Shown here one piece after another: positions 9,772 to 19,652 of a stretch of 64,000 bases of DNA (its first letter is position 1; the number at the start of each line of letters is the position of its first letter). The translations under genes and the position numbers were made by a program. A model generated the notes under the pieces. It ran no database searches. It saw only the letters and a list, made by a program, of their open reading frames with translations, and was not told where the DNA came from. The stretch comes from an uncultured delta proteobacterium (GTDB lineage: Bacteria; Myxococcota; Kuafuiibacteriia; Kuafuiibacteriales; Kuafuiibacteriaceae): contig CAWDML010000009.1 of assembly GCA_963803435.1 (NCBI GenBank), positions 832,001 to 896,000 on the forward strand. The letters run 5' to 3'.

Positions 9772-9787
9772 GGGTCTGTCGGTTGCA
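9772..9787 (+). promoter_or_regulatory. sigma54 -24/-12 promoter
   Basis: GGGTCTGTCGGTTGCA, GG-N10-GC with TTGCA; ATG 9800 is 14 nt after the -12 C. Confidence 0.65.
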
Positions 9788-9799
9788 CGGTGGACGCGG

Positions 9800-10702
9800 A
9801 TGTCCACTCGCAGTCTCATCCCGCTACTCGTGGCTGTGGCGCTCGAGGTTCCATGCCTCGCAGACGCCGACGACGATCCACGCACGTTGGCTGGCCACGG
9901 CTTCACGCCCCTGCGCACCGTGGACTATCCGTTCGTGGTCACGAGCGTCGGCGGTGACACGACGGGCGGCTATCTGCGGATCCCCGTTGGGGCCCCCGAA
10001 GGCCCGACGGCCAAGCTGAGCTCGCTCCAGCTCGACTTCGAGGGTCGCTTCGCGGTCGTGGATTGGCTGGATCTCGAGGTGGGGGGGCTGGCCACGCTCG
10101 TCTCGGGCAGGAACCCGGCCGGCGTCTTCACCGTTGGTGGCGACGTTGGCTACGGCGGCCGGGCGGGGGTCACAGCTCGGATCCTCCGCGCTAAGCGCTT
10201 CTACCTGAGCGCTTCCGTCGAGGGTGAGGCTTGGCGCCTCGAGAGCGTGGTCCCGCTGCGCGCCGTGGCGGACAGGGGCTCTCAGCTGAAGGTGACCGGC
10301 GCGCTCTACCAGGGAGCGATCGCGCTGTCCGCAGCCGTCGCGCTGGACGAGCTCATCGGTGTCGAGGCGAGCGGCCGCGGGGAGGTGCGGCAGGTCCGGC
10401 TCGATGGACACGATGTCGAAGGGACTGCGTCCGGAGGGCTCGGCTTCTCCTTCGATCTGCTCCACATGGGCGTGCCGCTGTCGGTCGTCCTGGGCGGGCG
10501 TGTGTCGTACCAGATCGACCAGGTCGCGCCGGAGATGGCGGCGATCGTTCTCCAGCGCATGGACCGGGTCACCGGTGACGCTGAGCTGGGGCTCTATTAC
10601 ACGGGGCGCGAGGATCTCGAGCTCGGCCTCGTCGGCCTGGCCTCGCTCGGCGCCGACGAGAGGCGCTTCTTCTCCACGCTCAGCATCTCTTACTACTGGT
10701 GA
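9800..10702 (+). CDS. putative outer-membrane beta-barrel protein
   Basis: Signal-peptide-like N-terminus, alternating amphipathic beta strands, C-terminal aromatic signature LSISYYW. Confidence 0.65.
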   Translation: MSTRSLIPLLVAVALEVPCLADADDDPRTLAGHGFTPLRTVDYPFVVTSVGGDTTGGYLRIPVGAPEGPTAKLSSLQLDFEGRFAVVDWLDLEVGGLATLVSGRNPAGVFTVGGDVGYGGRAGVTARILRAKRFYLSASVEGEAWRLESVVPLRAVADRGSQLKVTGALYQGAIALSAAVALDELIGVEASGRGEVRQVRLDGHDVEGTASGGLGFSFDLLHMGVPLSVVLGGRVSYQIDQVAPEMAAIVLQRMDRVTGDAELGLYYTGREDLELGLVGLASLGADERRFFSTLSISYYW

Positions 10703-10729
10703 TCGGGCGCCCGCGTCGCGCTCCTGTCG

Positions 10730-12256
10730 TCACTGTCCGGCGTGACTGGCGATCGTCGCCTTCACGCGTGCCTTGACCGCGTCGAGGTTGAACGTGGCGC
10801 CCCGCTGCATGGGTGGGAAGTCGACGAAGGTCTGGGCGAACTTCTCGATCTCATCCTGCACGAACACGAAGCGCCAGAACTCGTACATGTACCAGTCCGC
10901 CAGCTGGAGCGACTGTCCGAACGCGCTGGTCCGCTCCAGCGGATCGAGCTTGAGGTTGCACAACAGCGGCCAGTCGACGTTGACCGTGCCGCCGAGCCAG
11001 CCACCGGGCTGGTCGATGAAGCGGTACTTGTAGTCGCCGATTCGCACGGCGCCCAGCGTGCTCTCTGCGAAGTAGTAGACCTCGTTCCTCTTCGAGGGGC
11101 CCCTGCCGCTCAACAGCGCCTGCTGATCGTAGCCGTCGAGGTGCACCTTGTACTTCCGTCCGCCGAGCTCCTTGCCCGCCTCGAGCTCCTCCACGATGTT
11201 CGGATTGCCCGCCGCCGACACGAGCGTGGGGAGCCAGTCGAGGCCGGACATGATCCCATTCTCCACCTTGCCCGCCGGGATCTTGCCCGGCCAGCGCACG
11301 ATGCAGGGCGCGCGGAAGCCGCCCTCGAGCACGGTCCCTTTGGCGCCCGCGAACGGTGTCTGCCCGCCGTCCGGCCAGGTGAAATTCTCGGCGCCGTTAT
11401 CCGTGGTGAAGACGACGATGGTGTTGTCGACCAGGCCGTCCTTTTCGAGCTTCGCCATCACGTCGCCCACGATGTCGTCGAGCTGCGCCATGCCCGCCTC
11501 GTACGTCGACCAGCCGTTCTCGGGCGTCCTCATCTTCTGGTACTTCTCGGACAGGTGCGTCACCACGTGCATGCGCGTGGGGTTGAGGTAACAGAAGAAA
11601 GGCTTCCCGTCGGCGCGAGCCTTGTCGATGAACTTCATCGCGGTGGCGAGGATCTCGTCGTCCACGGTCTCCATGCGCTTCGGATCGAGCGTCCCCGAGT
11701 CCTCGATCTGCTGCTTGCCGATCTTGCCCCAGCGCGGATCCACGGTCGCGTCGTCGCGGTCGGAAGCCCAGCAGTGGAGCATGTTGCGGGGTCCGACGCG
11801 CTCGACCAGCTCCTTGGGGAAGGTGGGGTGGAAGGGGTCCTCCATCGCATCGAGGTGGTACAGATAGCCGAAGAACTCGTCGAACCCGTGCACGGTCGGG
11901 AGGTACTCGTTGCGGTCGCCCAGGTGATTCTTGCCGAACTGACCCGTGGCATAGCCCAGGTCCTTGAGCGCCGCCCCGATGGTGGGCGCGTCGTCTGGAA
12001 TGCCGAGGGGCGCGCCCGCCTGGCCGACCGTCGTCAGTCCCGTGCGGATGGGGAGCTCACCGGTGATGAACGCAGCGCGTCCGGCCGTGCAGCTTGCCTC
12101 CGCATAGTAGTCGGTGAACATCATGCCCTGCGAGGCGAGCTTGTCGAGATTGGGCGTGCGCCCCGACATGAGCCCCCGGTGGTAGGCACCGATGTTGAGC
12201 CAACCGATGTCGTCTCCCATGATGAAGACGATGTTGGGTTTGTTTTTGTCTGCCAT
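10730..12256 (-). CDS. arylsulfatase (Cys-type, no signal peptide)
   Basis: PNIVFIMGDDIG, formylglycine motif SCTAGRAAFITG, GKNHLG, TTDNG, EGGFRAP. Confidence 0.93.
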   Translation of the reverse strand: MADKNKPNIVFIMGDDIGWLNIGAYHRGLMSGRTPNLDKLASQGMMFTDYYAEASCTAGRAAFITGELPIRTGLTTVGQAGAPLGIPDDAPTIGAALKDLGYATGQFGKNHLGDRNEYLPTVHGFDEFFGYLYHLDAMEDPFHPTFPKELVERVGPRNMLHCWASDRDDATVDPRWGKIGKQQIEDSGTLDPKRMETVDDEILATAMKFIDKARADGKPFFCYLNPTRMHVVTHLSEKYQKMRTPENGWSTYEAGMAQLDDIVGDVMAKLEKDGLVDNTIVVFTTDNGAENFTWPDGGQTPFAGAKGTVLEGGFRAPCIVRWPGKIPAGKVENGIMSGLDWLPTLVSAAGNPNIVEELEAGKELGGRKYKVHLDGYDQQALLSGRGPSKRNEVYYFAESTLGAVRIGDYKYRFIDQPGGWLGGTVNVDWPLLCNLKLDPLERTSAFGQSLQLADWYMYEFWRFVFVQDEIEKFAQTFVDFPPMQRGATFNLDAVKARVKATIASHAGQ

Positions 12257-12354
12257 GTCTTCTCCTCACCGCTTCTCGAAGCGGTCGATCCGTCGCCAGT
12301 CCTTTTTCATGGCCGTAGGCCATTCGAGCATCTCTCGGTCGAGGGGGCTCACCA

Positions 12355-13551
12355 TCACACCGGGCGGTCCTCGGAGCGGACGACCGACATGACGTGCGCG
12401 GCGGGCAGACCGCGACGGATGAGCTCTGCGATCGCCCGCATCGGTCGATCGATGTGCAGGAAGAACCTCCGATAGCCGGCGCAGAGGTAGTTGAGCCCGG
12501 GCTCCCCGTCGGGTGTGGTGATGAAGCGGTTCTTGGGGCACTCGCCGTGACAGGCGAAGCGGACGGGACACTCGCGGCAATAGCGCGGCAGGCGCTCGAG
12601 CTTGTCCTTGCCGAACTGCTGCTGCTCCTCGGAGGCGACCAGCGGGAGCAGATTCTTGGTGCCGATGTTGCCGAGTCTGTGCTTCGGCGCCACGAAGTGA
12701 TCGCACGAGTAGAGGTCGCCGTTGTGCTCGAGCGCGAGCGCGCCGCCGCAGGTCCTGTTGAACACGCACATGCCCGAGGAGGGGAGACCCAGCCAATTGC
12801 GCGCGGCCGCCTCGAAGGTCTGCACATAGACGCGGCCGACGTCGTTCCGCACCCACTCCTCGAAGATGGTGATGAGGAACGCTCCGAACTGCTCTGCCCC
12901 CACGGATAGCTCCGACACGTCCCGGGAGAGGGGCACCCGCTCGACCACCGGGATGAACTGGATCCAGGTGGTCGCCACCTCGTCGCGCAGGAAGCGGTAC
13001 ACCGCGAGCGGATGATCGCCGTTGGTGCGGTTGACTGTGGTCAGCACGTTGAAGTCGACGCCGTGCTTCTGGAGCAGCCGAAGACCGCGCATGACCCGAT
13101 CGAAGGTCGGCTGCCGCTTCTTGTCGACGCGGTGCGCGTCGTGGAGCTCGCGAGGTCCATCGATGCTGATGCCTACGAGAAAATCGTTCTCACGAAAGAA
13201 CTCGCACCACTCGTCGGTCAGCAGCGTTCCGTTCGTCTGGATCGTGTTCTCGACGGTCACGCCTGGGCGTCGGTGCCGCGCCACACGGGCCGCGGCCCTG
13301 CGAAAAAACTCGAGCCCCATGAGCGTGGGTTCGCCGCCCTGCCAGGCGACGGTGACGCGATCGCTCCGGTGGGCCTCCAGGAGCTGCCGGATGTAGGCGT
13401 CCAATACTTCATCGCTCATCCGGAACTTGCTGCCTGGATAGAGATCCTCTTTGTCGAGATAGAAGCAGTAGGTGCAGTCCAGGTTGCAGATTGCGCCCGT
13501 CGGCTTGGCCATGACATGAAAGCGCGGCGGCGCGGCTGGTCTCGCGGTCAT
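12355..13551 (-). CDS. anaerobic sulfatase maturase (radical SAM/SPASM)
   Basis: MAKPTGAICNLDCTYC, WQGGEPTL, IQTNG, SIDGP, YSCDHFV, CRECPVRFACHGECPKNR; directly upstream of a sulfatase. Confidence 0.95.
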   Translation of the reverse strand: MTARPAAPPRFHVMAKPTGAICNLDCTYCFYLDKEDLYPGSKFRMSDEVLDAYIRQLLEAHRSDRVTVAWQGGEPTLMGLEFFRRAAARVARHRRPGVTVENTIQTNGTLLTDEWCEFFRENDFLVGISIDGPRELHDAHRVDKKRQPTFDRVMRGLRLLQKHGVDFNVLTTVNRTNGDHPLAVYRFLRDEVATTWIQFIPVVERVPLSRDVSELSVGAEQFGAFLITIFEEWVRNDVGRVYVQTFEAAARNWLGLPSSGMCVFNRTCGGALALEHNGDLYSCDHFVAPKHRLGNIGTKNLLPLVASEEQQQFGKDKLERLPRYCRECPVRFACHGECPKNRFITTPDGEPGLNYLCAGYRRFFLHIDRPMRAIAELIRRGLPAAHVMSVVRSEDRPV

Positions 13552-13565
13552 CAGGGCGATCGGGA

Positions 13566-13581
13566 AGCAACTGCCAGACCA
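13566..13581 (-). promoter_or_regulatory. sigma54 -24/-12 promoter for maturase-sulfatase
   Basis: Minus strand TGGTCTGGCAGTTGCT, GG-N10-GC; ATG 13551 is 16 nt after the -12 C. Confidence 0.7.
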
Positions 13582-13658
13582 TGCTCGGAGATGCTGCTGC
13601 CATGCAGTTCGGGCGGTCGCTGTCGGCGATGTCGGCGACGTCCGACTGTGAGCGCGGG

Positions 13659-15176
13659 TCAGGCCCGGCGGCGCATCGCGCGCATGTCGGGGAGGTCGGT
13701 GCCGGCGGTGTCGACGCCGAGGGTGTGGAGCACGCCGGCGTAGATCTCCTTCTCCTGCATGGTGCGTCCCGGGTCGGGCGCGCCGGTGGTGGGGTCGAAG
13801 CCGTAGGTCATCGCGGTATCGGGGTTGACGCCACCGAGGACGCGGTCGCCGTTGGCCTGAGGCGAGAGGATCACGACGCCGTTGTTGAGGTCGTGGCTGG
13901 TGCCGAACTCCTCGGCGCCGGGCGCGCGCTTCTTGGTGCGTCCGAAGTCGGTGGCGATGTAGATGAGGGAGCGATCCCAGAGGCTCTCGCCGTTGCGGTA
14001 CTCCTCGGCCTTGAGCAGGTCGATGAGACCGTCCGCGACCAGCAGCAGCTGGTTCCAGCCGACGGCCTGGGCCGAGCGGTGGTAGCCGTGGGAGACGTCG
14101 AAGCCGAGGGGCGCGTCGACGCCGGGCTCGCCTTCGAGCGCGCGCGTGATCAGCTCTCCGGTGACCTCCCCGATGAAGGCGCGGGTTCCGAGGGTGACGG
14201 AGACCGAGACGCCCGTTTTGATGAGGAGGTAAGCGAGCGCCGCCTGGGCGTGGAGCGGGTTGATCTCGTAGAGCGGGAAGCGCTCGCGGACGCGGGCGGC
14301 GTGCTCGGACTCCTGGAGGCCGTTGGCGGCCAGCGGGAACTTGGGGCTGTCCGCGCGCACCATCAGCTTGGTGATCAGATCGGCCGTCTCGAGCTGCCGC
14401 TGGGTGCGGCGGAGGCGGATCCAGCGCTCGAGATCCTCGTTGCCCGCGAAGATGCGCCGGAAGATGGAGGCGGGTTCGAGGCCCTGATCGCGGAGGTTGC
14501 GCGCCTTCTCGATGAGGGCCTGATCCGGGCCGGCGATGCCCTTCGAGCCGTGGAGCGACAGCGGCCAGGTCGAGGGCGAGACGACCGGCTCGGGGAAGCA
14601 GCTCGCTGGAATCGTGCGATCGTGCCCGGGCGTCATGAAGGTGGAGCCGACCGCCATGTTGACGTTCGGGAGCGCCAGGCCGTCGCCGTAGGCCGTCGCG
14701 ACCGCCTCCTGGAGGGTGCGGCCGGCCCAGGCGTCGTTCCCGGTGATCGAGCGCTTCTGCGCCACGTCGTGGTTGACGCTGGTGCAGGTGAGCGTGGCGA
14801 CCATCAGGTCCTGGTGGTGCTTGCGCACGAACTCGAGCTGGTCGGTGTGAAGCGGGAAGGGCGTCGGGCCGGTCTGGTCGGCCTGGAGGTTGACGGCGCG
14901 AAACGGCGAGCCCTCGACCTGGTGCACCACGGCGTCGGGGAAGCAGTTGAGCGTCGCCGGCGTGCGGCTCTCGGACTCGCGGATGGCGAGGAAGCTGTCG
15001 ATGATCGAGGCGCCGCCAGCGGCGCCGAGCACGATCAGGAAGCGGCGCTCGGGGGGCTCCTCGACGGCGCGCGCGCTCCTGCCCAGGAGCGCCGACGCGC
15101 CGAGCGTCGCCGCGGACATTCCCATCAGCACCTGTCTGCGATTGAAGGTTCTTCGAATCTGCATCTCGATCTCCAT
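13659..15176 (-). CDS. Tat-exported DUF1501-like protein (alkaline phosphatase/sulfatase-like fold)
   Basis: Twin-arginine signal FNRRQVL, FLIVLGAAGGASIIDSF, GFDVSH, IATDFGRT, GTSH, NGDRVLGG. Confidence 0.75.
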   Translation of the reverse strand: MEIEMQIRRTFNRRQVLMGMSAATLGASALLGRSARAVEEPPERRFLIVLGAAGGASIIDSFLAIRESESRTPATLNCFPDAVVHQVEGSPFRAVNLQADQTGPTPFPLHTDQLEFVRKHHQDLMVATLTCTSVNHDVAQKRSITGNDAWAGRTLQEAVATAYGDGLALPNVNMAVGSTFMTPGHDRTIPASCFPEPVVSPSTWPLSLHGSKGIAGPDQALIEKARNLRDQGLEPASIFRRIFAGNEDLERWIRLRRTQRQLETADLITKLMVRADSPKFPLAANGLQESEHAARVRERFPLYEINPLHAQAALAYLLIKTGVSVSVTLGTRAFIGEVTGELITRALEGEPGVDAPLGFDVSHGYHRSAQAVGWNQLLLVADGLIDLLKAEEYRNGESLWDRSLIYIATDFGRTKKRAPGAEEFGTSHDLNNGVVILSPQANGDRVLGGVNPDTAMTYGFDPTTGAPDPGRTMQEKEIYAGVLHTLGVDTAGTDLPDMRAMRRRA

Positions 15177-15806
15177 TCAGTAGAAGAGCGCTTCCACGCT
15201 GGTACCCACGGCGAAGCAGGCCAGCACCGCCCAGTCGCGCTCCGGCTCGGGGCTCGTCTTTGCCACCTCGTCGAAGAACGAGAGGAGCGCCTCGGTCTCG
15301 GAGGACGCGGCGTCACGCCCGAGCAGCCGGCGATAGAGCGAGGCCGCCACCCGCAGGCGCGCCTCGGGCTCGTGGTCGCCGGCGAGCGGACCGAAGATCC
15401 GGGCCTCGGCGGGCTGCTCGAGGTCTCGGGTCACCGCACGGCCGCAGGCGCTCAACACCACGCGTTCGACCGCCATCAAGGAGGTCACCGGGATCGTCTC
15501 CAGCGGACGGTTGAAGCGGAGCTGGTACGGCTCGATGCCGCCGAGGGCGATCCGGTGGGCGTCGTTGATGCAGTCGTACTGTCCGAGCTCCTGGCACAGC
15601 CCGTCGGGAGGCAGACCGAGCGCGCGCGAGAGGTCGGTCCCGAGCCGGCGCCCGCCCTTGAACTTCACCCTCGGGCTCTTCGAGGGTACGAGCAGCGGGG
15701 GCTCCGCAGCCGGCGGCCCCTCGGGCGGGCCCTGGTCGCAGCCGATCAAGGCCGCGAGCAAGGCAGCCTGCATCCATGGTCTCTGTCTGCGTCGCTCAAG
15801 GAACAC
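15177..15806 (-). CDS. lipoprotein, partner of DUF1501/cytochrome genes
   Basis: Lipobox LIGC; LCQELGQYDC; C-terminal helical region LYRRLLGR...WAVLACFAV; coupled to both neighbours. Confidence 0.65.
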   Translation of the reverse strand: MFLERRRQRPWMQAALLAALIGCDQGPPEGPPAAEPPLLVPSKSPRVKFKGGRRLGTDLSRALGLPPDGLCQELGQYDCINDAHRIALGGIEPYQLRFNRPLETIPVTSLMAVERVVLSACGRAVTRDLEQPAEARIFGPLAGDHEPEARLRVAASLYRRLLGRDAASSETEALLSFFDEVAKTSPEPERDWAVLACFAVGTSVEALFY

Positions 15807-17322
15807 CGTAGGCCTCCGTTCTGATCAGGTCGTGGAGCATCCGTTCCACCCCGTAGGCGTGCTCGTCGGGGAAGCGCTTCCAGAGCTGGTCGAACTCGGG
15901 GAGCTCGGCGGGGTCGGGCGGGCTGCCCAGCGCATAGCGCCAGTACTCGAGCACGGTGGCCCGGGCGAACGCGCTGCTGTCCGCGGCCACCCGGGCCCAC
16001 TCGCGGAGATCGTTGACCGGCTGGCCGAAGATGGATCCCGAGGCGGGCGCCCCCACCACGGTCGATACTTCCAGCCCGGCGGCCGCGATCTGCTCCAGCC
16101 GATCCGGGAGATAGGTCAGCGTCGCGCCGGTGTCGCCGTAGAGCGCGTCGAAGCCGGAGGCGCCGTCGGAGATGCCGTTCTCGCCGATGTTGGACAGCGC
16201 CAGCAAGATCCCCTCGTACCGGCTGAAGGGATACGCGAGCGGATCCAGCGTGGAGTGGCAGTCGCGGCAACCTTGGCCGCCGACGCCGCGGTCGTCGTAG
16301 TCGACCGGCTCACCTGCGACGGGGTAGAGCCCTTCGAGCTTGGCGATGTCGAGGCCGAGGTACGAGCGGTACATCTGAGCCGCGGTCGTGCGCGGCATGG
16401 TGCTGAACATCGTGTGATAGAAGAGCGTCCACCGCGTGGTGAGCATGCCGGCGCGCCGATCGGTGTCGACCAGCTGAGCGCGATCGATCCCTCGGGCAGC
16501 GACGTCCTCCTCGCTGGTTCGATCCTCCCTGACGTAACGGATCGGAGGACCGGGGTCGTAGCGGACGATGAACTGCGCGGTGAGGACCTCGCGTGCGTCG
16601 TGGTTGTCGGTCTGGGCGTAGGCGTAGAGGTTGTAGTCGTCGTAGTAGTCGGCGATCGCGAACAGGCCCTGATCCTCGCCGGACTTCACGATGCCGAGCG
16701 GCGTGATCTTCGGGCTCGCCAGGATCCAGAGCACGCCGTCGCGGCCGCGCCAGAAGTCGGACAGTAGGCAGGTGTCGAGGGCGCGATCGATCGCCGCCAT
16801 CGGGTCCGAGTCCTCGGCGAAGGCGCGCATCTCGTCGAGGTCGGGCGTGTAGCCGCAGAAGTCCTGGTGGACCTTCCGGAACACGTAGCTCGGCTGGTAG
16901 CGGCAGGTGTCGTAGCCGCCGTTGGCCTCGGCGGACTCGGGACATCGAGTCGCCGGGGTGTCCCCGGGTGTGCTCTTCGGATCGCCGGGGAGGCTCCCGG
17001 CGCGGATCTCGTCGACGTTGGGGAAGCCGTCCTGATCGGCGTCGTCCAGCTCGATGGCCAGGAGCGCCGCGAGCAGCTCTCGCTCGAAGGTGGCGTCGTC
17101 CAGCGGCCGCCTCAGCCCGTCGGTGAAGCGCTCCTCGATCGCGACGCCGAACGCGTTGTGGGCGGGCGGGGTGGTGTGGCAGTACGTGCAGTCCGGTGCG
17201 ATCCCTGAGGCGCACGCGTCCGGGTAGGCTTCGCAGAAGATCTCCGGCGCGATCGGCATTGCGCCCGCGGGGGGCGCGTAGGCGAGGACGGCGGCGGCGA
17301 TCACCGACGAGGTGATTCTCAT
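15796..17322 (-). CDS. exported diheme cytochrome c-like protein (DUF1585/DUF1588-like C-terminus)
   Basis: Signal peptide MRITSSVIAAAVLAYA, heme motifs CTYCH and CRDCH, Ca-binding-like DDADQDGFPNVDE, AGMLTT, STLDPLAYPF, WRYALG. Confidence 0.7.
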   Translation of the reverse strand: MRITSSVIAAAVLAYAPPAGAMPIAPEIFCEAYPDACASGIAPDCTYCHTTPPAHNAFGVAIEERFTDGLRRPLDDATFERELLAALLAIELDDADQDGFPNVDEIRAGSLPGDPKSTPGDTPATRCPESAEANGGYDTCRYQPSYVFRKVHQDFCGYTPDLDEMRAFAEDSDPMAAIDRALDTCLLSDFWRGRDGVLWILASPKITPLGIVKSGEDQGLFAIADYYDDYNLYAYAQTDNHDAREVLTAQFIVRYDPGPPIRYVREDRTSEEDVAARGIDRAQLVDTDRRAGMLTTRWTLFYHTMFSTMPRTTAAQMYRSYLGLDIAKLEGLYPVAGEPVDYDDRGVGGQGCRDCHSTLDPLAYPFSRYEGILLALSNIGENGISDGASGFDALYGDTGATLTYLPDRLEQIAAAGLEVSTVVGAPASGSIFGQPVNDLREWARVAADSSAFARATVLEYWRYALGSPPDPAELPEFDQLWKRFPDEHAYGVERMLHDLIRTEAYGVP

Positions 17323-17430
17323 GCGCGCCGCGACCTGCAGCGGCCGTGCCGCCCCGTCATCGTCCGCCGGTCGTGTCCGCGCCGGGGCCGGCACGGCCCA
17401 GGTGGGACATCGACAGCCCAGGGTCGGGGG

Positions 17431-17973
17431 TCAGCTTCGCGCGGTGAGGTCTCCGGAGAGGCGGCGGGCCCTCTCGATGTAGTCGAGCTCTGGAAAATCT
17501 GCCCGGAGGTACGCGTTGCCCTCGCGATGGATCCGGCCCTGCTGGGGGCCCCTGCCGCCGGGCGGGCCGTCGCCGTAGCCGGAGTAGAGGAGGTCGGCGA
17601 CGGCCAGGTCGCGCACCCGGCCGAATGGGGTGAAGCCCATGAGATCGAGCCGCACGTTGTCGGCGAGGTTGATGAAGAACTGCGTGGTGCGGGCGTGGGC
17701 GCCGGAGGTGGCGAAGGTGACGGTGCCGCGCGTGTTGCTCTGTGCCTTCGGATCGTCGCGGATACGCCGGTCGCGCCAGAGCTTGTTGAGCGCCGGATCG
17801 CCTGACAAGCCGGCTTGCGCGACGAAGCCTGCCACCACACGGAAGAACGCGACGTCGTCGAAGAAGTGCGCGGTGACCAGCTCCTCGAAGCGGGCGGCGC
17901 CGAGCGGGGACCAGCCGGGCTCGACGTCGACGAGGACGACGCCCTTGGTGGTGACGAGCTCGACTGCGTACAT
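17431..17973 (-). CDS. cyclophilin-type peptidyl-prolyl cis-trans isomerase
   Basis: FFRVVAGFVAQAG, NTRGTVTFA, RTTQFFINL, FTPFGRV. Confidence 0.92.
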   Translation of the reverse strand: MYAVELVTTKGVVLVDVEPGWSPLGAARFEELVTAHFFDDVAFFRVVAGFVAQAGLSGDPALNKLWRDRRIRDDPKAQSNTRGTVTFATSGAHARTTQFFINLADNVRLDLMGFTPFGRVRDLAVADLLYSGYGDGPPGGRGPQQGRIHREGNAYLRADFPELDYIERARRLSGDLTARS

Positions 17974-18103
17974 GCGGCGACGGTAGCCGATCGTCGCCGC
18001 GGGGGGACACGACGCGGGGCGGCGAGGCACCGGATGGCGTCATGCCGATCACGCGGTGACGACGACCCTTGGATGGCGGCGACGGACACGGTACCAATCT
18101 CAG

Positions 18104-18514
18104 GTGGGCCGGCGTCGCGCGCGGTTGTTCCTGCTCCTGGCGCTGGCGACGGCGGGCTGCGCCGGAGGCAGCGACGACGCGTGCCTCACCGACCTGAACC
18201 CCGACTGCGCGGTGCTCTATCCGCCGACCTTCGAGAGGGTGTTCGGCCAAACGCTCGAGCCGACCTGCGGAATGGGTGGTCCGTCGTGCCACGCCCCTGA
18301 GGGGCACCAGGCCGGCCTGATCTTCGCCGATATCGACGAGGCGCACAGGCTCCTCCTGGACGGCCGCGTCGAGCCCGGCAACCCGGCGTGCAGCCTGGTG
18401 ATGCGCCGCCTCGACTCCACCGACGTGAGCTACCAGATGCCGCCCGGCCGCAGGCTCTCCGCCGAGGAGCGATGCTCGATCCAGAAGTGGATCGAGGACG
18501 GAGCGATGCCTTGA
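18104..18514 (+). CDS. lipoprotein with cytochrome c-like domain (atypical CX6CH)
   Basis: Lipobox TAGC; TCGMGGPSCH; VEPGNPACS; QMPPG (axial Met); IQKWIEDGA. Confidence 0.7.
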   Translation: MGRRRARLFLLLALATAGCAGGSDDACLTDLNPDCAVLYPPTFERVFGQTLEPTCGMGGPSCHAPEGHQAGLIFADIDEAHRLLLDGRVEPGNPACSLVMRRLDSTDVSYQMPPGRRLSAEERCSIQKWIEDGAMP

Positions 18515-18533
18515 GATCGGTCCCCGGACCGCG

Positions 18534-18986
18534 TCACGGATGGCGCGAGAGGCTGCGCGCGAGCTGAGTCAGCCGCGCGAAGTCGCCCGGATCGACGACC
18601 CGGCGCACGCGACCTCTCAATGTGCCACGCGCAGCGATGACCACGGCGAGGGTCGCCCGGTCACCCTCATGGAGAAGGTCGAAGAGCCCCACGCGATCGC
18701 CGTCCTCGAGGGCCCCGAACGATCGCGTCACGATCCACTCCGGCATCGAGCTCACCAGCGAGACCGAGAGCAGGCGCTCGTCGCTGGCCGACGCTCCGTG
18801 CAGCCAGTCGGTGAGCAAGCGCGCGCGGTCCGGATCCCAGCCGACGCGATGACCGAGCCACTCGAACCCGTCCGTCACGGTCTCGGCCAGCCGGGGCTCG
18901 CCTTCGATGAGCGCCGCCATGAACGCGCGGAGAGGGTCGAGCGCGCAGTCTTCGAGCGCGTCGATCCGGATCGAGAGGAGGCTCAT
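18534..18986 (-). CDS. hypothetical protein
   Basis: ATGA overlap with the upstream gene; plausible composition; no motif recognised. Confidence 0.55.
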   Translation of the reverse strand: MSLLSIRIDALEDCALDPLRAFMAALIEGEPRLAETVTDGFEWLGHRVGWDPDRARLLTDWLHGASASDERLLSVSLVSSMPEWIVTRSFGALEDGDRVGLFDLLHEGDRATLAVVIAARGTLRGRVRRVVDPGDFARLTQLARSLSRHP

Positions 18987-19609
18987 GAGAGCTTGCTGGC
19001 GAGCGACTCGAACGGCTGCGTGAATCGCTCGGCGCCGGGACGGATGCCGGGCAGCAGGCGCGCGAGCTCACCCTCGGACGCGGTCATGAGGAATGCGCGC
19101 AAGAGCTGGGTCGAGGCTGCGACGGGGCTGTTGAGGTCGCGCTCGAGGTGGATGACGTCGGCGCGAAGCGCTTTGATCCCGCCGAACGTCACCAGGCCGG
19201 TCTGGCGGGGATCGAGGAGCTGGAGGGCGAGGTCAGCCTCGGCGAGGCTCTCCGGGCTCCGTGCTGCGATCTGCGCGCGAAGCTGCTTCGCGTCGATCGG
19301 AGTGCGGTCGAAGGTGGCGTCGATCTCGATCCGCCCGCTGCCCAGCCAGGAAGTGAGCAACCCCTCGAGGAGCTTGGCGGCGGCCGCCGCGCCTTCGCAC
19401 AGGAGGCCTTCCTCGCGGACACCGGCGATCGTCAGCTCACCTGCGTCGAACACCACGTTGAAGGCGACGCGGCGCAGCTGGTCGGCGACGTCCCCGGTGA
19501 CACCGAGCGCAGCGGCGCGCGTCTCGATCTCCGCCCGGTTCTCGCCGAGGGCGCGCTCGAAGCTCTCCAGCGAGAGGCGGCTGACCTGGGACGGATCGAT
19601 GCGAGCCAT
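18983..19609 (-). CDS. hypothetical helical protein behind a sigma28-like promoter
   Basis: Clean ORF with AGGGA before the ATG; no recognised domain. Confidence 0.6.
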   Translation of the reverse strand: MARIDPSQVSRLSLESFERALGENRAEIETRAAALGVTGDVADQLRRVAFNVVFDAGELTIAGVREEGLLCEGAAAAAKLLEGLLTSWLGSGRIEIDATFDRTPIDAKQLRAQIAARSPESLAEADLALQLLDPRQTGLVTFGGIKALRADVIHLERDLNSPVAASTQLLRAFLMTASEGELARLLPGIRPGAERFTQPFESLASKLS

Positions 19610-19621
19610 GGTTCCCTGTGG

Positions 19622-19648
19622 TTATCGGGTTTTCAGGCGGCGAGTTGC
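19622..19648 (-). promoter_or_regulatory. sigma28 (FliA/WhiG)-like promoter
   Basis: Minus strand GCAAC-N14-CCCGATAA; same motif and spacing at 42019-42045. Confidence 0.6.
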
Positions 19649-19652
19649 GTGC

